Positions 19,982 through 29,475 of a stretch of 64,000 nt of DNA are shown piece after piece. The notes below the pieces were generated by a model, which saw only the letters and a list, made by a program, of their open reading frames with translations, searched no databases and had not been told where the DNA came from. The stretch's first letter is position 1. The number at the start of each line of letters is the position of its first letter. The position numbers and the translations under genes were made by a program. Source of the DNA: a phage; the NCBI GenBank assembly GCA_021683455.1, contig GCA_021683455.1_3051.1, one strand, 5' to 3'.

Positions 19982-20946
19982 TGTATTCTTTAGAGGAATT
20001 TAATAATCAAGCAATAAACGCAGACTTCCAACGTAATAATATGTTCAGCTGTGTTTTTGCTACAACTCCATCAACTAAAAGCTCATCGTTAATAAGCTCA
20101 ATTAGTAACTTTGCTTATAATAACTTGGGTCTAAATTCAGATTGGTTGGGATTAACTCAAGGTGATATTAATCAGGGAATTACCACGCTAATTACCGCTG
20201 GCACACAAAAACTAATAAGAAAATCGGGAGTCAGTAAATATCTTATTGGCGCTATGAGTCAGCGTACTGTTCAGAGTTTATTAGGCTCATTTACAGTTGG
20301 TACATATTTAATTGACTTCTTTAACATGGCATATAACTCATCTGGATTGATGATATATTCTGTAAAAATGCCAGAGAATAGATTATCCTATGAAACTGAC
20401 TGGAACTATAATTCTCCTAATATTCGTATAACTGGAAGAGAATTAGACCCTTTGGTTATTTCATTCAGAATGGATTCAGAAGCTTGTAACTATCGTGCAA
20501 TGCAAGACTGGGTTAACGCTGTTCAAGACCCAGTAACTGGATTGCGTGCTTTACCGCAAGATGTCGAGGCAGATATTCAGGTTAATCTTCATTCTCGCAA
20601 TGGATTACCTCATACTGCGGTGATGTTCACTGGATGCATTCCAATATCAGTGAGCGCTCCTGAGTTATCATATGATGGAGATAACCAAATAACTACATTT
20701 GACGTTACTTTTGCGTATAGAGTGATGCAGGCTGGAGCAGTTGATAGACAAGCTGCCCTTGAATGGCTTGAATCTGCTACTATAAATGGTATTCAAAGCG
20801 TTCTCGGAAATAGTGGAGGTGTTACTGGACTATCTAATTCGCTTTCACGACTTAGTAGATTAGGGGGAACTGCAGGAAGCATTTCAAATATTAATACTAT
20901 GACAGGAATTGTCAATTCGCAAAGTAAAATATTAGGAGCAATATAA
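19981..20946 (+). CDS. 54: baseplate tail tube initiator gp54
   Basis: 321-aa ORF with ATGA-type overlap to gene 48. Confidence 0.9.
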   Translation: MYSLEEFNNQAINADFQRNNMFSCVFATTPSTKSSSLISSISNFAYNNLGLNSDWLGLTQGDINQGITTLITAGTQKLIRKSGVSKYLIGAMSQRTVQSLLGSFTVGTYLIDFFNMAYNSSGLMIYSVKMPENRLSYETDWNYNSPNIRITGRELDPLVISFRMDSEACNYRAMQDWVNAVQDPVTGLRALPQDVEADIQVNLHSRNGLPHTAVMFTGCIPISVSAPELSYDGDNQITTFDVTFAYRVMQAGAVDRQAALEWLESATINGIQSVLGNSGGVTGLSNSLSRLSRLGGTAGSISNINTMTGIVNSQSKILGAI

Positions 20947-20950
20947 CAAT

Positions 20951-20968
20951 GGGGACCGAAAGGTCCCC
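20951..20968. terminator. bidirectional terminator hairpin (GGGGACC-GAAA-GGTCCCC) between gene 54 and convergent early ORF
   Basis: 7-bp perfect GC stem, GAAA loop, T-run downstream. Confidence 0.6.
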
Positions 20969-20974
20969 ATATTT

Positions 20975-21265
20975 TTATTTACGGAATGAAATAAAAGCAG
21001 CAACTGAAGAAACAGAGGTTTCTTCAATATAAACCTCAATTTTTACCGGAGCTTCTGACTCAAATTTACCTGTTACTACACCTTGGAAAATACTTTCAGT
21101 CTGTTCTGGCTTTGAAAAATTTTCAGAAGGAAAAATTCCAAACTTTTTATCGGTTCCGAAAATTTTAATAAATTCATCATAAACTGCTTCATTGAAAGCG
21201 TTATCAGCGGGAATAACGCCCTCAACGACGAGTTCTTGACCTAAAAAGCGCAAAGAAGATTTCAT
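20975..21265 (-). CDS. hypothetical protein (alt.-2-like position)
   Basis: 96-aa ORF with its own early promoter and leader. Confidence 0.5.
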   Translation of the reverse strand: MKSSLRFLGQELVVEGVIPADNAFNEAVYDEFIKIFGTDKKFGIFPSENFSKPEQTESIFQGVVTGKFESEAPVKIEVYIEETSVSSVAAFISFRK

Positions 21266-21296
21266 TTTGTGTTCCTCATGTTATGTCAGTAAAACT

Positions 21297-21326
21297 ACTA
21301 TAACACAATACGAGGGACTTGTAAAC
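21297..21326 (-). promoter_or_regulatory. sigma70-like early promoter (GTTTAC-N17-TTATAG) for ORF 20975..21265
   Basis: Minus-strand GTTTACAAGTCCCTCGTATTGTGTTATAGT; near-identical copy upstream of alc at 36586..36615. Confidence 0.55.
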
Positions 21327-23383
21327 TACATTTTGAACTTTTTAGACATTCCGTTGATGTTAACCAAAGAAGCTAAGATTTGAGAAACTTCGCTTTCCTC
21401 TTCTTTTGATTCTTCTACAAGGAATTGATTAAATCTAGCCATTGGACGAACTTCTCCGGTTTCCATCAAATGGTCACCATCATATACCGATTCCTCTAAT
21501 TGTTCAGAAGGAGGAACAATCGTGCCTTCAATTAGATACTTATTATAAGCGGTTTCTTTCATCATGTACGTACTTACTTTATTAATCTTCAGTAAAATTC
21601 CACGTGGTAGAATAACTTCAGCTTCTGATGGAAATCCTGATAAATGACCTGGAACGATAACTTTGATTCGCTCAGCTCCTTTAATTACCATACCCACGCT
21701 AGTTTCAGCATCTTCATTAGCATATGTAGAATGACTACCCATATGCATCAAATCTTCTGCATCAACAGAACCTTCTCCTTCGCCAGAAAATACTGCGCCG
21801 GAATCATCTAGAGCCATATAGTTTTTACCATGCTCACCGAAGATATTTGGTTTAAGCGATGTGGATACGAAGTTCTTGAAATAGAACATTTTATTTTCAA
21901 TGTTATGACGCAAAGTTTTAAAGGTAACTTCTTGTCCACGGTAAAGTGTAGTTCCTGGAGGAAGAACTGAACCTTTAGCGAATGCAGAATCAAGCGTCTC
22001 AATATGTTTAATAGCTCGTTCCATATATTCTTCACGGGTAGAATCTGGTTTACCTAAAAGGAATGAGTTCATTTCAACATATGAATCTGCACAATAATCT
22101 TCAATTACATCAGATTCAGCCTGAGTTAATCCTTTTGGAGTTACTTCAGTACTTGCATATTCATATGCCTGAGCGGCAGATTCATCAATTAATTTATAAA
22201 TTCCATTCATTACAAATTGAATAATAGCTGTCTTTTCATCTGGTGTAGCTTTAGAACCTTTAACTAAATCATTGATAATTTTCTTAATAACATCAAAACT
22301 ATTAGAAATATTAATGTCAGCAAGATCGCTTAAAATTTTATCAGTTTTATAATCAAAGAATTCTTTATTCTTTAAATATTCTTGAGAACCTTGATATGTT
22401 ATATCGCTCTGCAACTTGATAGATGGATCACGTAAACGTGCATGGGCTAATGCAATATGATTTCGGAAACTTTCTAGTTCATAATCGTTAGATTTAAAAC
22501 GAGAAGCACTTCTCATACCACCGATAGCTCCTTTGCTAAAGTTTGAACCAATCTGGATAACCCCGGAGTTCATTGGTCCTTCTGCTTTATACACCGGAAC
22601 TTTAGATTCAAACTCTTGATATTTCTTAGCAGCGAAGCTATCGCCTTGAAGCGAAGCATCGACAGTAGAATATTGAGCTTGTGCTGCTAATCGACGACTA
22701 ATTTTAGTTTTCTGAATAACAGCTTGATCCGTACGCTTATCATTTTCTAAAGCAATAGAAGCAGCAACTGCGACAGCTTTAGGAACAGCATTACCTGTTT
22801 TAACATCTACATAAACATCACCGACCTTCGATTCAACTTTTGTGAATAGCTCTGTTGAAATAGGAGGTACACCTGGAATGTCTTCTAAATTGGCATTTTT
22901 ACGGTAAACCATAATATATGCATATTTCTTATCATAGTCCCAGATTTCCTTTAAAAGAACATATCGACCTGCTCCTTTAGTACGTACTAAGCGGTCAGCA
23001 ATAACTTGCATTTGACGAGCTGCGCCATTTGTTTTACTTTTTAGTACGCGGAATAGGCATGCATCAATTTTATACTGTTTCATTGTTTGAAGAGCAGTAT
23101 CAAAAACAGCATTAATGACGCCAATTGGATTTCCACCCAAGTTTTTAAGCTTAACTAACGATAATTTCTCGTTGACACCTATCATTACGATATGCATCAT
23201 TTTGTCGCCTGGCTTAACGTTTTTATTCGTATCACCACCAGAGGTGTATGTACAAAATCTAAATCCAGGAAGCACGCTTTCTTCACCGGCTTGAATAGCA
23301 AAAATTTGAGGTATTTTATGCTTAGGATTTAAGTTAACAACCGGCGCCGAAGCGCCGTCAAATAATTCTGTAATAAGTTCCAT
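21326..23383 (-). CDS. Alt-family ADP-ribosyltransferase, paralogue 2 (alt.-1 position)
   Basis: 685-aa ORF; N-terminus MELITELFD shared with the adjacent Alt gene; R-S-E ART signature (YRGQ, FVSTSL, EAEVILPRG). Confidence 0.8.
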   Translation of the reverse strand: MELITELFDGASAPVVNLNPKHKIPQIFAIQAGEESVLPGFRFCTYTSGGDTNKNVKPGDKMMHIVMIGVNEKLSLVKLKNLGGNPIGVINAVFDTALQTMKQYKIDACLFRVLKSKTNGAARQMQVIADRLVRTKGAGRYVLLKEIWDYDKKYAYIMVYRKNANLEDIPGVPPISTELFTKVESKVGDVYVDVKTGNAVPKAVAVAASIALENDKRTDQAVIQKTKISRRLAAQAQYSTVDASLQGDSFAAKKYQEFESKVPVYKAEGPMNSGVIQIGSNFSKGAIGGMRSASRFKSNDYELESFRNHIALAHARLRDPSIKLQSDITYQGSQEYLKNKEFFDYKTDKILSDLADINISNSFDVIKKIINDLVKGSKATPDEKTAIIQFVMNGIYKLIDESAAQAYEYASTEVTPKGLTQAESDVIEDYCADSYVEMNSFLLGKPDSTREEYMERAIKHIETLDSAFAKGSVLPPGTTLYRGQEVTFKTLRHNIENKMFYFKNFVSTSLKPNIFGEHGKNYMALDDSGAVFSGEGEGSVDAEDLMHMGSHSTYANEDAETSVGMVIKGAERIKVIVPGHLSGFPSEAEVILPRGILLKINKVSTYMMKETAYNKYLIEGTIVPPSEQLEESVYDGDHLMETGEVRPMARFNQFLVEESKEEESEVSQILASLVNINGMSKKFKM

Positions 23384-23386
23384 GAT

Positions 23387-25483
23387 TTATCCTTGAACGA
23401 ACTTGTAAGGCATGTTTGCAATATCTATGCAAGACGCAATAATTCCAAGAGATGATTCTACTTTTTGTTTAACATTTGATGAAACAAATGATGCAAAGTC
23501 AACTCTGTCTTCTATTTCAATATCACCTGTCATTGCAACTACTTCACCAGTTTCCATTAGACGGTCTCCGTCATAGATTATCGATTCGGTGAGCTCTTCC
23601 GTGGTCATAACTTCAGCTTGAATGAGTTTTGTATTATTAGATGTTGTTCCGTCATTATTAGAAGCATCAGTTATTTTATTAACTTTGACCATCAATCCAC
23701 GCGGTAGAATAACTTCAGCTTCTGTTGCTATTCCGAGACTTCCTGGATATACAACATTAACTTTATGAGCTCCATCAATTGCCCATCCTATTTGAACTTT
23801 AACGTATTCAGGATTTTCTTTATACGCTCTTATTTCGTTTGGATTAATAGTTATTCCTTCTTCATTTTTATCAACTGTTAATTCATTGCGAGCTTCTGGT
23901 TCTAAAAGACCAATACCAGCATGTGTGATTCCAAAACGTCCAAAAATGATAGGAGTTAAAGAAGTAGATACAAAATTTCTGAAGTAGAACACTTTATTTT
24001 TAACTAACGCTTCATATATAGGAGCAGTCATACTTTGAGCACGATAAACTGTAATGCCTTCTGGTATACGGTCACCATTTTCAAAAGCTGAATCTAAGTT
24101 ATTTATAGCAGATTCAATTTCTTTTTCATTCATTACATCATATCGTTCTGGATTGTAACGACCTAAAAGAAGATTATTGATGTCAGTATATCCTGAACCG
24201 CAATATTCTCTAATGCCACGCTTTTGTGATGGAGTATATTTAGAACCATCGCGTGCAATAGTAATATCAATCATTGGACCAGCACCAATTCCAGAAAAAC
24301 TGTAAATCATTCGTTTGAGGAATTTAGTTTTTGCTGCGTTCCAGGAATTTTTAGTTATTTCTTCCCAGACTTCATCTGATTGTCCTTTACGATTTTTATT
24401 ATGATTAGCAAGCCATTTATCTTTATAATCTTCAAAGAATTGATTTACAGCTGCTGCGTATTTCTCTAAACATTTTATTGAAGTAGTTGGTTCATTTTTA
24501 ATTGCATTAAAAATTACTTCTTTAATTTTTTCTGAAACTTCACCGACTTGACTCATTGGAAAGAATTTATAATCATAGTGAAGTTCATCTGCCGTTCCTT
24601 CAGCAATAATTTTTGCTGCCTTTGTTTTAGAAGCTAATGAATTAATTCCAATTTTCATTTCTTCTGCTTCGGGAATTAAAGGTGCAGTAGCTGGTTTATT
24701 AAAATTGGCTGCTGTAGATTCATACTTCTGGAATAATTCACTTTCAAATCTAGAAGATTCCAATGACTGACTTTGTGCAATTGCTCTACGGGAAATTTTA
24801 ACTTTAACGATTACAGCTTGGTCAGAACGTTTATCATTTTCTTGTGCAATAGATGCTGCAATTGCCTCATTTTTAGTTACTTGAGCTCCAGTATCTTTAT
24901 TGATATAAACATCACCGACCTTCGATTCAACTTTAGTAAAGAGCTCTGTACTAATTTCCGGAACTCCTGGAATGTCTTCTAGTGATACATTTTTGCGATG
25001 TATAAGAATATATGCATACTTTTTATCGTAATCCCAGAGTTCCTTAAGAAGGACGTATCTGCCACCTGAACGACTACGGATAAGTCTATCAGCAATAAGT
25101 TGAATTTGTCGAGCTTGACCGGCGGTTTTAGACTTAAGAATACGAAGCATGCAGGCATCAATTTTATATTGACGCATTGTTTGCATTGCAACAGTAAAAA
25201 CTGAATTGATATAATTAATCGGGCTTGGACCAAGACCTTTTAATTTAGCAATTGAACCTTTAGCAGTTAATGTAAAAGGAACAATATGCATCATTTTATC
25301 GCCCATCTTTAAATCGCGATTAGTATCACCTCCAGATGTATATGTACATAAACGAAAGCCTGGCTGTTCAATTGCATCATCAACATGAACTGAAAAAATT
25401 TGCGGTATTTTCTTCTTTGGATTTAAGTTTGTAATCGGAAGAGTAGTATCTTCGTCAAATAATTCTGTAATAAGTTCCATCAT
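23387..25483 (-). CDS. alt: Alt ADP-ribosyltransferase (packaged internal head protein)
   Basis: 698-aa ORF adjacent to gene 30; R-S-E ART signature (YRAQ, FVSTSL, EAEVILPRG); preceded by a TATAAATA late promoter. Confidence 0.8.
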   Translation of the reverse strand: MMELITELFDEDTTLPITNLNPKKKIPQIFSVHVDDAIEQPGFRLCTYTSGGDTNRDLKMGDKMMHIVPFTLTAKGSIAKLKGLGPSPINYINSVFTVAMQTMRQYKIDACMLRILKSKTAGQARQIQLIADRLIRSRSGGRYVLLKELWDYDKKYAYILIHRKNVSLEDIPGVPEISTELFTKVESKVGDVYINKDTGAQVTKNEAIAASIAQENDKRSDQAVIVKVKISRRAIAQSQSLESSRFESELFQKYESTAANFNKPATAPLIPEAEEMKIGINSLASKTKAAKIIAEGTADELHYDYKFFPMSQVGEVSEKIKEVIFNAIKNEPTTSIKCLEKYAAAVNQFFEDYKDKWLANHNKNRKGQSDEVWEEITKNSWNAAKTKFLKRMIYSFSGIGAGPMIDITIARDGSKYTPSQKRGIREYCGSGYTDINNLLLGRYNPERYDVMNEKEIESAINNLDSAFENGDRIPEGITVYRAQSMTAPIYEALVKNKVFYFRNFVSTSLTPIIFGRFGITHAGIGLLEPEARNELTVDKNEEGITINPNEIRAYKENPEYVKVQIGWAIDGAHKVNVVYPGSLGIATEAEVILPRGLMVKVNKITDASNNDGTTSNNTKLIQAEVMTTEELTESIIYDGDRLMETGEVVAMTGDIEIEDRVDFASFVSSNVKQKVESSLGIIASCIDIANMPYKFVQG

Positions 25484-25503
25484 ATCCTCTCTAGTGTTTA
25501 TTC

Positions 25504-25511
25504 TATTTATA
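25504..25511 (-). promoter_or_regulatory. late promoter TATAAATA (minus strand) upstream of alt
   Basis: Reverse complement of 25504..25511 is TATAAATA, about 20 nt upstream of the alt ATG. Confidence 0.55.
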
Positions 25512-25517
25512 AAATTA

Positions 25518-25533
25518 AAGGCCCGAAGGCCTT
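25518..25533 (-). terminator. stem-loop (AAGGCC-CGAA-GGCCTT) between small ORF and alt
   Basis: Perfect hairpin in the alt upstream gap. Confidence 0.45.
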
Positions 25534-25721
25534 TAATAATCTATTGGTAAGAGAGTACGATATATTTCAAACTTTGGACCTTTTTCATAAGCATCAAAAG
25601 TTTCTGTGAATTTATTATAAGCATATGCATCTATAAATTCGAGAATGACTTGTGATACAGAAGTAGAAACATCTCCACCTTCTTTTTGAGCAATGACAAT
25701 TGTTTCTAAGTAAGCTTTCAT
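25533..25721 (-). CDS. hypothetical protein
   Basis: 62-aa ORF, ATGA-type overlap with gene 30 stop. Confidence 0.4.
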   Translation of the reverse strand: MKAYLETIVIAQKEGGDVSTSVSQVILEFIDAYAYNKFTETFDAYEKGPKFEIYRTLLPIDY

Positions 25722-27181
25722 AGACCAGTTACCTCATGAAAATCACCAAATACATCCTCGAATGTATTAGCTTTAGTTTTATCTTCACGTAAACGAATTG
25801 CAATTGGAAGAAATAGCTTAACGTAATCAGTACGTCCATCTAATTTTACCCAGCCGTTGCATTCGCACTCTAGAATTTTTCCAATATAATAATTTTGGTT
25901 TTCCATAATGCGAGTACGGTCAAGTTCATGCGATTTTACGCCGGCTTTATCTTTTAAGCCTGAACCAGCATTTACTTTAATTTTTCCACACTCTGATTCA
26001 AGAATGAAACCACCTGCTTTAGTAGGGTCTTTACGGTGAGGATAAATTCCTACAATTTTTAAATCAACATCAATTACTTCTTTAAATTTATAAAGATTTT
26101 TTGAACGAGCATTTTCCCATAATCCATCGATATTTTTGAGAATAATACCTTCAAGACCTTGGTCAATATACTTTTTGTAAATTACCTTAGCTTCATCTAG
26201 GTTATTTACTATCTGGTTTTCAATTAAAATTACTTTATCATAGCCTGATGTCATTTGTTCTAGTTTAGAAAAACGTACATCATATTTTAAACGAAACGCC
26301 GGAAGACCGTATATTTCTACCAACGGAACATAATCCCAGACCTGAAACTTCATGCATTGAGCTTCTTTTTCTGAAATAGTTCCCTTTAAAGATTTATTAG
26401 CGATTCCATTAGAAGTAGTACGTGATTCAGCTACTTCGGCGAATTCTTTAGCTTTACTAATTTCAGGATAAGCATCAAAAAGAAAATCTAGGCCTTCTGG
26501 CTCCTTTTCAACTTGCTCATGGTATACCAATTCGCCATCAATTAACACACCTTCTGGATGAATCTGGCGAGCTTCTGCAGTCATTTTGATTAACTCTTCC
26601 TTGAGAAGATCTAATCCTAGATATTCATTACCAGCTCGTGATAAAAGACGAACATCATCTAATTCATCACCTCTGACTTCAGCAAAGCACCGAGCTCCAT
26701 CAGCTTTTAATTGGGCAAAGGCTGGAAATTTGATATTCTTATTAATGCCTTTTTCATCATAAGAACTTGCCAGCATTTGAGGTTGTTCAGGAATTAAACC
26801 TGGCCAAACTTTGTTTGCAATAGATACTGATGCACCGCATTCAAGGTCTCGCATCATCACCCGACGCAAAACTTCAACATCATCTTTTTTACCGTCAGTA
26901 ATATATCCAGTTAATTCCTCAATTGCCGCATTTCCAGTCAATTTCCGAGTAGCTAATGTGAATTCAATGAAGTCAAGCATATCGGTAAGAGTCAACATTC
27001 CAAAACTCTGGGTAGCAATACCAGGTTTAGGCCATTTCTTGATATAATACTGTAACCCACGAGAATAAGTCAGACGATATACTCGTTTGAGCAATTCATT
27101 ATCTTTATTCTTTTCAAGAATTGCTTGCTTTTGCTTAGTTGAACCAATAGATGCTATTTCATTCAGAATTTTAAGAATCAT
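25718..27181 (-). CDS. 30: ATP-dependent DNA ligase gp30
   Basis: 487-aa ORF; adenylation motif KADGAR (FAQLKADGARCFAEV); size as T4 ligase. Confidence 0.9.
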   Translation of the reverse strand: MILKILNEIASIGSTKQKQAILEKNKDNELLKRVYRLTYSRGLQYYIKKWPKPGIATQSFGMLTLTDMLDFIEFTLATRKLTGNAAIEELTGYITDGKKDDVEVLRRVMMRDLECGASVSIANKVWPGLIPEQPQMLASSYDEKGINKNIKFPAFAQLKADGARCFAEVRGDELDDVRLLSRAGNEYLGLDLLKEELIKMTAEARQIHPEGVLIDGELVYHEQVEKEPEGLDFLFDAYPEISKAKEFAEVAESRTTSNGIANKSLKGTISEKEAQCMKFQVWDYVPLVEIYGLPAFRLKYDVRFSKLEQMTSGYDKVILIENQIVNNLDEAKVIYKKYIDQGLEGIILKNIDGLWENARSKNLYKFKEVIDVDLKIVGIYPHRKDPTKAGGFILESECGKIKVNAGSGLKDKAGVKSHELDRTRIMENQNYYIGKILECECNGWVKLDGRTDYVKLFLPIAIRLREDKTKANTFEDVFGDFHEVTGL

Positions 27182-27447
27182 TGTTCATCCTTTAGAGTTT
27201 GGTTTACAGCTCTATTATAAATCAATTCATCATTAAGCTCAGTCAAAGACCTGTGGTACGTGGTTCTAACTTTATTTCCTTGCATCCAGTGCTTGACGTA
27301 AATGAAACCTTGCTCTACACATTTTTTAAAAATTCGTTCGTCTTTTTGAGCTCGGAATTCTGGATTGCATCTAAAAAATTGATTTACGTGACCGTAATCA
27401 CGTGTAGTATTACCTTCATTTTCATAAATAGTATGAACAACAAACAT
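27178..27447 (-). CDS. hypothetical protein (30.1 position)
   Basis: 89-aa ORF, overlapping start/stop with neighbours. Confidence 0.5.
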   Translation of the reverse strand: MFVVHTIYENEGNTTRDYGHVNQFFRCNPEFRAQKDERIFKKCVEQGFIYVKHWMQGNKVRTTYHRSLTELNDELIYNRAVNQTLKDEQ

Positions 27448-28289
27448 TAGAATGCTCCTTGTAAAATATTATCACCACTAGTAGGTCTATTATACAAATA
27501 CTCTATGCCACCAGGTTTAATATAGTTCCATGTATGAAATGGATGCACATGATATGGATGTGTATAATATGGATGGTATGGATTTAATCCAGGAGTTCTC
27601 CAGGTAGTATTCCAACGAAAAGAATCGTTTTTAATCATCTTTTCAATTACATCTTTTATAGCTTTTTCACTATCAAAACTTTCTTTATTTTCATTCGATG
27701 GAAAAAGCTTATTCTCTACATCATTCCATGTATAAACTCGCTGTGCAGTTTTTGGAATACTGTCACGCTCCCCTCGAGCCATCCAATAAACAGGAACATT
27801 TAATATTTCACTCGCGTGATCGCAGTGGTGAGCGAGATCGTCAATATAACAAATTACGTTATATTTCTCTTTTGCCTTTTTGAACAACTCTTCTTTTGAA
27901 GAATCATGACCACACATCAATACTTCTGAGAAGGCACCAGGAAAAAGAGCATTCAAATTAAATTGACGATTCAGCAGAGCGTCAATAGAATCACCCAATG
28001 CTGTAACAGCTACAAAATTATAATCTTCTTTTAATTTGTTAATTACACACAGGGCATCTTTATATGGAGACAAGTAACGAATAAAATCTGAACGATTGTA
28101 TTTTTCAATTAACTTGACGCCAAGTTCTTCATCGCAATTAAAGAGCTTACCAGGAGAAATAAATTTTTCGTCCTGAATCATTTTTAAAATATGTTCTAAT
28201 GGAAGATTATATTTTTGGGCAAAATAAGGAAGACCTGATTGCCAGCTTAAACATACACCATCAATATCAGTCAAAATAGTAGGCTTCAT
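27447..28289 (-). CDS. HAD-superfamily hydrolase-like protein with His/Tyr/Pro-rich C-terminal tail (30.2 position)
   Basis: 280-aa ORF; HAD motif I DIDGV at residues 8-12, motif II VAVTA, motif IV YIDD; C-terminal NPYHPYYTHPYHVHPFHTWNY. Confidence 0.55.
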   Translation of the reverse strand: MKPTILTDIDGVCLSWQSGLPYFAQKYNLPLEHILKMIQDEKFISPGKLFNCDEELGVKLIEKYNRSDFIRYLSPYKDALCVINKLKEDYNFVAVTALGDSIDALLNRQFNLNALFPGAFSEVLMCGHDSSKEELFKKAKEKYNVICYIDDLAHHCDHASEILNVPVYWMARGERDSIPKTAQRVYTWNDVENKLFPSNENKESFDSEKAIKDVIEKMIKNDSFRWNTTWRTPGLNPYHPYYTHPYHVHPFHTWNYIKPGGIEYLYNRPTSGDNILQGAF

Positions 28290-28750
28290 AGAGAGTCTCT
28301 TAATAGGTTTAACACATCAATAAATTCAGCTTCGGTTAGTATTGTATCATCTTTTGTTAGACCGCTGGCCATGCTGTGCTTCAAAACTTTTCCTTTCGAG
28401 GCTTGTAATGCATCACGAAACCCTTTATTTTGGATCGCGGCTTCAAAATATGCATTTGTGTATAATTCTTTCCACGCTGGAGAGTATCTTGAAAACGGAA
28501 CTCCGAGCCAGAAGAGGGTCCCACGGTCCTGAGCTCTAGCATAAGACCTTCCAGCTTGTTGGGCGGCAAGCCCGGATAACCCAAATACACGACGTTGCTG
28601 TTCAACATTTTTCACCTTACATCCTTGGAGAAATCCTTCAAGACCTCCGAATTGAATACCATCCATGACAAAAGGCCATTGGGCGAAATTACTTAATGCA
28701 CATGATGGCCATTTAAAATTGCTTCTAATCTCTAACTCAGACATTTTCAA
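28286..28750 (-). CDS. YbiA/NADAR-like (DUF1768-type) protein (30.3 position)
   Basis: 154-aa ORF; N-terminal ALSNFAQWPFVMDGIQF resembles the SNF-x-x-WP...DG core of E. coli YbiA-type N-glycosidases (from memory). Confidence 0.45.
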   Translation of the reverse strand: MKMSELEIRSNFKWPSCALSNFAQWPFVMDGIQFGGLEGFLQGCKVKNVEQQRRVFGLSGLAAQQAGRSYARAQDRGTLFWLGVPFSRYSPAWKELYTNAYFEAAIQNKGFRDALQASKGKVLKHSMASGLTKDDTILTEAEFIDVLNLLRDSL

Positions 28751-28943
28751 TACTTATAATTTCAACATCAGCCCAATGACCATAGCAAGGAAGACGAAAC
28801 TCAACTGGCCAGTCACTACCCTTTTCTAGTATAATAGACTTGACTTGTGGTTCTTCATGCTCGTCAGTATATGGATTTTTATCTGTTACTTTATATGTGA
28901 CCTTAATGTACTGAATTCCAAAAATCTTATTAATTATATTCAT
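28737..28943 (-). CDS. hypothetical protein
   Basis: 68-aa ORF in tightly packed early cluster. Confidence 0.4.
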   Translation of the reverse strand: MNIINKIFGIQYIKVTYKVTDKNPYTDEHEEPQVKSIILEKGSDWPVEFRLPCYGHWADVEIISIENV

Positions 28944-29137
28944 ACTAATTCCTTTAATCCGTAAATAGGAGATAATTCATCACCCATACGAAGGTCTTCA
29001 TTTCCATCTACCCAGGAAACAATATAAGCCTCTTTTATTTGAATACCACTCCATTTAAATGGAGGTAGAACCTTAGAAATTAATCCAGGTATACCAACTC
29101 CCTTTAATTCAACAGTTTGACCTAAAAAGAATTTCAT
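28940..29137 (-). CDS. hypothetical protein
   Basis: 65-aa ORF, ATGA overlap. Confidence 0.4.
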   Translation of the reverse strand: MKFFLGQTVELKGVGIPGLISKVLPPFKWSGIQIKEAYIVSWVDGNEDLRMGDELSPIYGLKELV

Positions 29138-29475
29138 TAGAACCTCATCTGAAAACCATGTGATTTAACATTACCGCCGCCAATATCAGAAATGTTAATT
29201 TCACGCGCAATTGAAGGGTCAATGTCAATTTCACCATTAAGTTTAGCGATAGCTAAAGTATCACGCCCATTTACTGTACGGAATTCTAAAGGACAAACCA
29301 CATCAACATAATTTTTAATCGATTCACTAGTAGGTTGCAAATGAGCAGGAAGGTCTTTAGGCGCCTTAGAGAAAACCACTTCACAAAAATTTTTGCGGGT
29401 GTCAAAATAAGTAGTCATAAACATAATATTTTCCTCAGTAAGGGGCTGAAGCCCCTCATTTATTTTAAATATCAA
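29137..29475 (-). CDS. hypothetical protein (start uncertain; may begin at internal Met 29424 or 29418)
   Basis: 112-aa ORF; a GC hairpin at about 29441..29458 lies within the annotated 5-prime end. Confidence 0.4.
   Translation of the reverse strand: MIFKINEGLQPLTEENIMFMTTYFDTRKNFCEVVFSKAPKDLPAHLQPTSESIKNYVDVVCPLEFRTVNGRDTLAIAKLNGEIDIDPSIAREINISDIGGGNVKSHGFQMRF

Noticed and set aside
21326-25483. Possibility that the two Alt genes are an assembly duplication artefact
   Set aside because: The copies are strongly diverged in their central regions and differ in length, so they are genuine paralogues rather than a collapsed or duplicated contig segment.
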